The notes under the pieces: model-generated
Seen by the model: only the letters and a program-made list of their open reading frames with translations
What the model was told of the DNA's origin: nothing
The model's database searches: none
In this document: positions 32,349 through 39,084 of the stretch, in pieces
How the letters are laid out: each line of letters starts with the position of its first letter
Position numbering within the stretch: the first letter of the stretch is position 1
Assembly (NCBI GenBank): GCA_964497115.1
Contig: CAZCCX010000001.1
Location: 1-39,084, forward strand
DNA: 39,084 nt
DNA from: an uncultured Desulfobacteraceae bacterium
Lineage (GTDB): Bacteria; Desulfobacterota; DSM-4660; Desulfatiglandales; HGW-15
Direction of reading: 5' to 3'
Translations under genes and position numbers: made by a program

Positions 32349-34135
32349 ATGATGAAAAAGCGGCCGAATAATCTTCATTTGAGCCCTGCGGAACTGATCC
32401 GTGGGGCAACCCCTCAAAAAAAGCGCCTGAATCAGTGGCTCGCAACGGCCATATGCGGCAATGATATCACTTCATCCTGTCTTTACGTCGCAGCCATCGC
32501 ATCTGTTTATGCTGGCGTACTCGCCCCCCTGGTCCTGCTTATGGTGGGGGGCGTCCTCTATTTATACAAAAAAATCTACACCGAGGTCGTGGAGGCCCTC
32601 CCACTGAACGGCGGGGCGTACAATTGTCTCCTCAACAGCACATCAAAATTTAGCGCTTCATTGGCTGCCTGCATGACCATTCTTTCCTACATTGCTACAG
32701 CAGTCATATCCGCCAAGACGGCAGTTGAGTATCTTCACGACCTTGTCCCTTCAATTCCTATTACTGAGACGACAGTTGGCATCCTCGGCATTTTTGCCTT
32801 GCTGACTATCCGGGGAATTACGGAATCGGCCATAGTCGCCCTTATTATTTTTATATTTCACATCACTATCCTCATTGCCTTCTGTGTACTGGGTTTTTCC
32901 AGTTTTCCTTTGGATTTTCATATCCTTCGAGCGAATCTTCTCACAATGCCTCATGGAGACGGGTTGCTGATGGCTGTTTTTCTGGGGTTTTCTTCGGCTC
33001 TTCTGGGGGTGAGGGGCTTTGAAAGTTCGGCCAATTTTGTCGAGCAGCAAGACCAAGGGGTGTTTCGTAAGACTCTACGAAACATGCTTGTGGCGGTCGT
33101 TATTTTCAACCCCTTAACTTCCATCATCGCCCTAAATCTATTGCCATTAAAAGAAATCGTTGAACATAAGGATTATCTCCTTGCTCATGTAGCTCTGGCA
33201 CAGGGGGACACCTATTCATGGTGCTGGTTATAGTTGATGCTGTGGCCGTCCTGTCGGGGGCTGTTCTCACCAGTTTTATGGGTGTTACGGGTCTGATACA
33301 TCGTATGTCGCTGGATCAATGCTTTCCTCAGTTTCTGTTGAAAGCAAACAGTCGCGGCACTTTTCACCGCATCGTCATCGGTTTCTTTTTGCTTTGTTCT
33401 TCCATTTTATTGATCACAGGCGGGAACCTACTTAATCTTGCCGGTGTTTACACCATCTCCTTTCTTGGAGTCATGACCCTGTTCGGATTGGGTAACATAC
33501 TTTTGAAGATAACAAGAAGGGAGCTCAAGCGGACTTATCGGGCCGGATGGATGACTGTTCTTGTTGCCATTATGGCAATCAGCCTCGGAATCGCAGGTAA
33601 TATCGTTATCGATCTCAACAATTTTTTCTATTTTCTGGATTATTTCATCCCTGCCGTTCTGGTGGTTGCCCTCATGTACCTTCGTATCCCTATCTTGAAG
33701 TCTGTCTTGATGATGGCCAATTACACGATGACCAAACTCCTTGTATGGCGGAGCAGTATTATAGACCGGATTTCAGAGATCAAAAATCAAGGGGTCATTC
33801 TGTTTACAAGGGGAGGCCGCTTGGACCTTCTGCATGAGGCTTTCACCTATATCATCAAGAATGAAAGCAGTCGTCATGTCATACTGGTACATCTTTACAA
33901 CTCACCTGATAACAATGAAGAAAAGACTATAAAAGAGGCGTTAAATTCCCTCAATCAGATATTCCCTTCTCTTGAGGTAGAACTTGTTGTCAGGGAAGAC
34001 CGATTCGGACCCGAGATTATCGAAACACTTTCTCGCGAGTTTGGGGTGCTCAAAAACAACATGTTTATCGGTGCGCCGGAAGAGAAACACAATTTCTCCG
34101 TCCAAGATCTCGGTGGGGTCCTCATTATCTTCTAA
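32349..34135 (+). pseudogene. APC-superfamily amino acid/cation permease with cytoplasmic C-terminal domain, interrupted by a -1 frameshift at a G5 run
   Basis: ORFs 32346-33233 and 33218-34135 are the N- and C-terminal parts of one permease (ICGNDITSSCLY, LPLNGGAYN ... IVDAVAVLSGAVLTSFMGVTGLIHRMSLDQCFPQFLL). Adding one G to GGGGG at 33203-33207 joins them as ...VALAQGGHLFMVLVIVDA.... Confidence 0.7.
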
Positions 34136-34382
34136 AAAATAATAGGGGAGAATTCAATATTGCCCCTGTCGAGGAAAATGAAAAAGCAAATAAAACCAAT
34201 AAATTGAAGATCATTATGTATTTTAGCCGCACTTCATTTCCGGTTCCGATAGGAACCCTTACTATTTTTCGGCGACTCTCTCGCTTAGAGCAAACCCCAA
34301 TACCTCATCGTTATGTATATCCGGTTTATACCACGCTGATGGGGATCACCTATAATCCCTTATCCAGGCTATAAGGGGTTAA

Positions 34383-34763
34383 GAGAGGCCCGGCATTGTC
34401 CGTCCCGAGGTCCTAAACGGCCTCCATGTCCATAGACGGGCTCTCTCGCCGAAAGCAAGATTAAAGGATATGGCTATTTCATTGGCTGAGCGTTTGCACA
34501 ATCCTAATATGCTCGATTACCTTCTCTTTATGCAAGATTAAAGTATTATCGAGTTGGCGCCACCTAAAGAGTTCATAGGGAAAAAACTGCGTGAATTGAA
34601 CCTGATAAATCGATATGGCGTTCAGGTTGTCGGGATCAAGGAGGTTGTCCCGGATCGGCTTCATATGATTCCTACCGCACAGTTTGTGTTGAAGGACAGT
34701 GACATCATGATTTTATTCGGACCAAATGACGCCCTTGACAAATTCAAAGGGAAAGAACGATAG
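34383..34763 (+). pseudogene. Remnant of a KtrA/TrkA-family RCK gene (C-terminal part only, with an in-frame stop)
   Basis: A single frame reads ...MAISLAERLHNPNMLDYLLFMQD*SIIELAPPKEFIGKKLRELNLINRYGVQVVGIKEVVPDRLHMIPTAQFVLKDSDIMILFGPNDALDKFKGKER. This matches the KtrA linker plus RCK_C pattern. A TAA interrupts it at 34539-34541. No NAD-binding N-terminal part was found upstream. Confidence 0.5.
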
Positions 34764-34867
34764 TCGAGTTGAGTGGGTTGTTGGAAGGGGTGAGAAGTCT
34801 TTTACAAAATGAGGTTGACGAAAGTGATATCTGGCTCTCTGCAACCTCTGTTGGGAGAGTGTAATCA

Positions 34868-36226
34868 GTGAAAATCATCATTGTCGGTGCCGGTGAAGTC
34901 GGTTATCACATCGCACAGAAGCTTTCCGAAGAAAACCAGGACGTCTTTCTGATAGATAAGGCCCCTGAGAAGGTCAAGCGTATCACCGAGAACCTGGATA
35001 TCCAGGCCACTGTGGGATCAGGGACCAGCCCTCGAATGCTGAGGAACTCCGGCGTCGGCGAAGCGGAACTTCTCGTCGCCGCGACAGACAGTGACGAGGC
35101 CAATCTGATAGCCTGTTTGTTTGCACGCCACCTGAACCCTCATATTCTCAAAGTGGCCCGCGTGCGCAATCCCGAATATCTGGAAGAAAAGGACCTCCTC
35201 TCCCAGGATTTCCTGGCTATTGATCACATCATTAATCCGGAATCCGTCATGGTTGAAACCATCTTGACCCTGATGACGGTGCCGGGGGCCTCCGACGTCA
35301 TTGATCTTGCCGATGGACGAGTCAAGTTGTTCGGAGTCACCATTCGGCTGGATTCCCCCCTTGTAGGTCGCCGTCTTCTTTCCTTTAAGAAACCGGAGGG
35401 AAAACTTCTTGTCGGGGCCATTGTGCGTGGAGATCAAGTCATTATTCCCCGGGGTGAAGATACCCTTCAGGCCCATGACCTGGCCTATGTGGTCGGCAGA
35501 ACGGATGAACTTCCTGATCTGTTTAAGCTCCTAGATATCCAAGTCGAAGAATCCAGAAGGGTGATCATTGTCGGAGCCGGGCTCACCGGTACGGCACTGG
35601 CAACGGCCCTGGACAAGACCAAGGTCAATGTGAAGATTCTCGACAGGGATAACCAGCGGTGTACAGACCTGGCTGATAAACTGGAACGCGTGATTGTTAT
35701 TAACGGAGACGGGTCGGACAGAGCCCTGCTGGAAGAAGAGAATATCAGGGATTGCGATTTCATGGTTGCAGTCACAGATGATGAAGAACACAATGTCATG
35801 ATCTCACTCCTGGCAAAAGGGTTGGGGGCCAAGAACACCGTCACGCGCATCAGCAAGTTCAGTTATATTCCCCTGGTCTCCGCCATCGGCCTTGATGCCA
35901 TCGTGAGCCCGAGACTCTCCGCCGTCAGGGCCATCCTCCAATACATTAGAAAGGGTAAAATCATCTCCGTCGCCCCGTTAAAGGGAGAGCATGCCGAGGT
36001 GATCGAGGCCGAGGCCCTGGAGACCTCCAAAATCATAGACGTCCCACTTTCAAATGTGAATTTCCCCAAAGGGGCGCTTCTGGGGGCCATCGTCCGCGAC
36101 GGGGAGATCATTATTCCGCGAGGCGACAGTGTGGTCAAGCCAAAGGACCGGCTGATTATCTTCACCCTCAGAGAGGCGGTTCCGAAACTGGAAAGGCTAC
36201 TTACCGTTAGACTGGAGCACTTCTAA
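34868..36226 (+). CDS. trkA: Trk potassium uptake system NAD-binding subunit TrkA (two TrkA-N + two TrkA-C)
   Basis: GTG start. Two Rossmann motifs (IIIVGAGEVG and VIIVGAGLTG), each followed by an RCK_C unit. The stop overlaps the trkH ATG (TAATG). Confidence 0.9.
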   Translation: MKIIIVGAGEVGYHIAQKLSEENQDVFLIDKAPEKVKRITENLDIQATVGSGTSPRMLRNSGVGEAELLVAATDSDEANLIACLFARHLNPHILKVARVRNPEYLEEKDLLSQDFLAIDHIINPESVMVETILTLMTVPGASDVIDLADGRVKLFGVTIRLDSPLVGRRLLSFKKPEGKLLVGAIVRGDQVIIPRGEDTLQAHDLAYVVGRTDELPDLFKLLDIQVEESRRVIIVGAGLTGTALATALDKTKVNVKILDRDNQRCTDLADKLERVIVINGDGSDRALLEEENIRDCDFMVAVTDDEEHNVMISLLAKGLGAKNTVTRISKFSYIPLVSAIGLDAIVSPRLSAVRAILQYIRKGKIISVAPLKGEHAEVIEAEALETSKIIDVPLSNVNFPKGALLGAIVRDGEIIIPRGDSVVKPKDRLIIFTLREAVPKLERLLTVRLEHF

Positions 36227-37674
36227 TGCACCCCAAACTCATCCTTCGATTCATAGGAATCCTCTTTCTTTTTCTGGGCCTGTCTATGGCCGTACCCCTG
36301 ACGGCGTCGCTCATCTATGAAGAGGGCAGCGCCTGGGCCCTCCTTGACTCCCTCTTGATCACCTGCGGCATGGGCCTCTTGTTCTTTATCGGCGCCCGAA
36401 AGAATGAAGTGCCCCATCTGAACCATCGCGACGGCGTGGCCATTGTGACCTTGGGGTGGGCAGCCGCGGGCCTCGCAGGGGCCGTTCCCTTTCTTCTTTC
36501 AGGCGCCATACACGGGTTTACCCACGCATACTTTGAATCCATCTCCGGGTTTACCACCACCGGGGCATCCATACTCTCGGATATAGAAGGTCTTCCCAAG
36601 GGGATCCTGCTCTGGAGAAGCCTGATCCAGTGGTTCGGAGGGATGGGAATCATTGTCCTCTCCATCGCCATCCTTCCTTTTCTAGGGGTTGGGGGCATGC
36701 AGCTCTATAAGGCCGAAGTCCCCAGCCCTGTGGTGGACAAGCTGAAGCCCAGGATATCAGACACGGCCAAGACCCTCTGGAAGGTCTATGTGTCGATTAC
36801 GGTCCTTCAGGTCATCCTCTTGCTGGCAGGGGGCATGTCCCTTTTTGATGCCCTGTGTCATGCCTTTTGCACGATGCCCACCGGCGGATTCTCCCCTTAT
36901 AACACGAGTATTGCCCACTACAATAGCGCCTATTTTGATGGTGTTATTATTGTCTTTATGCTCCTTGCGGGGATCAACTTCTCCCTGCACTACAGACTGA
37001 TCAAGGGTGAGTTCACGCTCTTCGGGAAAGATCCCGAATGTCGTGTTTTCCTCTCTCTGGTCGCTCTGTTTATTGTCCTTGTCACCTTCGATATACATGG
37101 AACCGTCTACGACTCCCTCTCCAAGGCCTTTCGGTATGCCGCCTTTCAAGTGAGTTCCATAGTCACCACCACGGGCTTTGTCACCGCGGATTACGATCAA
37201 TGGCCGGCCTTTTCGAAAATACTCCTGCTCCTGTGCATGTTTCTCGGGGCCATGGCTGGTTCCACCGGCGGCGGCATGAAGATCATGCGCATCATGCTGC
37301 TTGTGAAGCATTGTTATCACGAAATATTTCGAATCATACATCCTCACGCGATCACATCGGTCAAACTGGGGAAAAAACCGGTTCCGGCAGAAGTGTTGAG
37401 CAGTGTCTGGGGGTTCTTTCTCCTTTTCTTGGGTCTATTTCTTGTGGCCACCCTGATCATGGCATCCCTTGGGCTGGACATGATCTCTGCAATCGGCTCC
37501 GTGGCCGCATCCATCGGCAATATCGGTCCCGGCCTGGGACTCGTGGGGCCAACCCAAAACTATGTCGCCATTCCTTTTGTCGGGAAATGGGTCCTGATCA
37601 TTTGTATGCTCTTGGGACGACTGGAACTCTATACGGTCATTGTCTTACTGATGCCCGCATATTGGAGAAAGTAG
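36226..37674 (+). CDS. trkH: Trk-type potassium transporter membrane subunit TrkH
   Basis: 482-aa polytopic protein with TrkH/KtrB selectivity-filter-like repeats (SGFTTTGAS, CTMPTGGFS, VTTTGF, MAGSTGGGMK). Translationally coupled to trkA. Confidence 0.9.
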   Translation: MHPKLILRFIGILFLFLGLSMAVPLTASLIYEEGSAWALLDSLLITCGMGLLFFIGARKNEVPHLNHRDGVAIVTLGWAAAGLAGAVPFLLSGAIHGFTHAYFESISGFTTTGASILSDIEGLPKGILLWRSLIQWFGGMGIIVLSIAILPFLGVGGMQLYKAEVPSPVVDKLKPRISDTAKTLWKVYVSITVLQVILLLAGGMSLFDALCHAFCTMPTGGFSPYNTSIAHYNSAYFDGVIIVFMLLAGINFSLHYRLIKGEFTLFGKDPECRVFLSLVALFIVLVTFDIHGTVYDSLSKAFRYAAFQVSSIVTTTGFVTADYDQWPAFSKILLLLCMFLGAMAGSTGGGMKIMRIMLLVKHCYHEIFRIIHPHAITSVKLGKKPVPAEVLSSVWGFFLLFLGLFLVATLIMASLGLDMISAIGSVAASIGNIGPGLGLVGPTQNYVAIPFVGKWVLIICMLLGRLELYTVIVLLMPAYWRK

Positions 37675-37839
37675 ATAAGAAGCCCCAGATATTGATCAAG
37701 GTTCTCGCTCGAATGTCTTCCGTAGCAAGGAAAAACCTTTTGTATCAATTCAAGTCCATCAACATTGCTGTCCAAGAAAAATCTGGGAACGGTTTTTGCG
37801 GAAATAAGTGCTTGATTTGACATGTTCGTCAGGTTAGAT

Positions 37840-37945
37840 TGAAATTCAGGTTCCCTTATATGCTTCGGAACCAGGGGCCAGGGGGTCTCTTTAAAAGCCT
37901 GAACCCACAAGACTCCAACGAACAGGGTCTGACCCGCCGCCGGGT
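37840..37945 (+). repeat. Structured intergenic repeat, family B, copy 2
   Basis: See copy 1 (14-115). This copy also carries an extra hairpin GGTTCC-14 nt-GGAACC (37849-37874). It lies in the 390-nt trkH to hydrolase spacer. Confidence 0.6.
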
Positions 37946-38065
37946 TGAGCCTAAGAACTCTTTGCAGAGAACACAATGGACCGGGAATGGCACTTGCCGA
38001 AATCTATCATCATCAGGAGTCTGCCGTGATTCAATTTACCTTGTTTACACAAGAAAAGGAGGGGA

Positions 38066-38932
38066 ATGATTATGGAACAAGAACTCGTTGATCTTTACAT
38101 GGACTATGATACGGGGCTGATAAATCGGCGGGAATTTCTGGCCAAAATGGCGGTCATCGCAGGTAGTACCGCTGCGGCTTTTTCTCTGCTGATGCTATTG
38201 GGAAACGCCTACGCCCTAGCGGAAATCATTTCAAAAGATGATCCACGCATCCAGTCGGAGTACATAAACTACCCTGGGGCGTCAGGTGATATCCGTGCCA
38301 ATCTGGTCACGCCCAAAGGAGAAGAGAAGGTCCCGGGTGTGATCGTCATCCATGAGATTTGGGGTCTTAATCCCCATCTCGAGGATGTGGCCAGACGCTT
38401 GGGCATAGAAGGTTTCCTGGCTATAGCCCCGGACGCGTTGACTCCTGTTGGAGGAACGCCGGAAGATCCGATGAAGGCGTTTACTTTGGTCCGGGAACTG
38501 GATAAAGAGGCAACTGTGAAGAATTATGTTGCCGCGGCAAAGTTTTTGCAGTCCCATTCAAAGTCCAACGGGAATGTGGGCGTCACTGGTTTCTGTTGGG
38601 GAGGAGGCATGGCCAACCAGGTTGCGGTAAACTCCCCTGATCTAAAGGCTTCGGTCCCCTTTTACGGAAACCAGCCCGAAGCCGAGGATGTTTACAAGAT
38701 CAAAGCGTCTCTGCTTTTGCATTATGCGGAAAATGATGAGCGCATTAACAAGGGTATCCCTGCCTATGAAGAGGCCCTGAAGAAGGCATCCGTAGATTAC
38801 AGGGTTCACATGTATGAAGGGACCGAACACGGCTTTTACAACGACACGAATGCCGAGAGATATCACAAGGAGGCTGCGCAACTGGCCTGGAAACGTACCA
38901 TCGAGTTCTTTAAAGAGAAATTAAAAACCTAG
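38066..38932 (+). CDS. Dienelactone hydrolase family protein with twin-arginine-like signal peptide
   Basis: GGAGGGG RBS. NRREFLAKMAVIAGSTAAAFSLL. DLH motifs are present: IVIHEIWGLN, a nucleophile elbow GFCWGG, and EHGF. Confidence 0.85.
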   Translation: MIMEQELVDLYMDYDTGLINRREFLAKMAVIAGSTAAAFSLLMLLGNAYALAEIISKDDPRIQSEYINYPGASGDIRANLVTPKGEEKVPGVIVIHEIWGLNPHLEDVARRLGIEGFLAIAPDALTPVGGTPEDPMKAFTLVRELDKEATVKNYVAAAKFLQSHSKSNGNVGVTGFCWGGGMANQVAVNSPDLKASVPFYGNQPEAEDVYKIKASLLLHYAENDERINKGIPAYEEALKKASVDYRVHMYEGTEHGFYNDTNAERYHKEAAQLAWKRTIEFFKEKLKT

Positions 38933-38984
38933 TGTCGTGTCTCGGAAGTAACCTCCATTATCCTGAGCAGATTCTATGTCACGT

Positions 38985-39008
38985 GGGGGCATGGGGGTCT
39001 CTTTTCAG
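38985..39008 (+). repeat. Partial family B repeat core
   Basis: GGGGGCATGGGGGTCTCTTTTCAG resembles GGGGCCAGGGGGTCTCTTTAAAAG (37875-37898) and the reverse complement of 82-105. The flanks diverge. Confidence 0.3.
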
Positions 39009-39084
39009 TTTCACCACCATTTGTCCAGAGGTCGTGGAACGGCACCATAATTCTGCATATTATGAAGCAGCCCCACGAGCAATG

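Noticed and set aside
36757-37820. 196-aa minus-strand and 260-aa plus-strand off-frame ORFs within trkH
   Set aside because: These are shadow ORFs. The trkH frame shows the TrkH filter repeats and is translationally coupled to trkA.
37988-38000. TGGCACTTGCC upstream of the hydrolase gene
   Set aside because: The TGGCAC and TTGC elements are adjacent with no N5 spacer, so this is not a -24/-12 promoter.
37629-38069. ORFs 37629-37976 (-) and 37839-38069 (+) in the trkH to hydrolase spacer
   Set aside because: Neither has an RBS or a recognisable motif. Both overlap repeat family B, and the plus-strand ORF uses a TTG start inside the repeat.
38940-39084. Possible partial minus-strand ORF at the right window edge (...MVPFHDLWTNGGETEKRPPCPHVT*)
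   Set aside because: Only about 36 codons are visible, with no motif, and the segment overlaps the family B repeat core. It cannot be supported.

Overview
This is a 39-kb chromosomal segment from a Gram-negative bacterium. Gene content (Tol-Pal, PpiD, many sigma54-type regulators) suggests a Desulfobacterota/deltaproteobacterium-like organism, but that is inference only. All domain calls come from reading motifs in the supplied translations; no searches were run.

Layout:
- 0.2-11.7 kb, housekeeping genes: tolA-tolB-pal-cpoB, a secreted SNase-like nuclease, a small HTH gene missing from the ORF track, a DUF1343 protein, ppiD, a PEGA/FN3 lipoprotein and a beta-CASP MBL hydrolase.
- 12.1-22.4 kb, signalling-dense island:
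  - two paralogous TSUP permease + small membrane protein cassettes;
  - seven receiver (REC) domains but only one complete (Cache-type) histidine kinase;
  - a kinase-like protein with a degenerate ATP-binding domain (possible phosphotransferase);
  - an NtrC-like activator that lacks the GAFTGA sigma54-contact motif;
  - a REC module present three times, two copies forming a 351-nt tandem duplication;
  - a decayed two-component pair.
- 22.4-32.0 kb, the most unusual part:
  - a minus-strand cluster of HAMP kinase, canonical NtrC-type activator, cytidylate-kinase-like/BON protein and SLC13 permease;
  - three USP-like/small genes sharing an A-x-x-FAEAG(E/D) motif, sitting behind a consensus sigma54 promoter;
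  - transcribed divergently, a Lon protease that lacks the LON N-domain and has a complete receiver domain inserted before its AAA+ module. That receiver is a close paralog of the receiver in the neighbouring activator.
- 32.3-39.0 kb: an APC permease split by a frameshift at a G5 run, a KtrA-like remnant with an in-frame stop, trkA-trkH and a dienelactone hydrolase.

Two families of structured, mosaic intergenic repeats recur across the window. No CRISPR array, rRNA, tRNA, transposase or integrase was seen.
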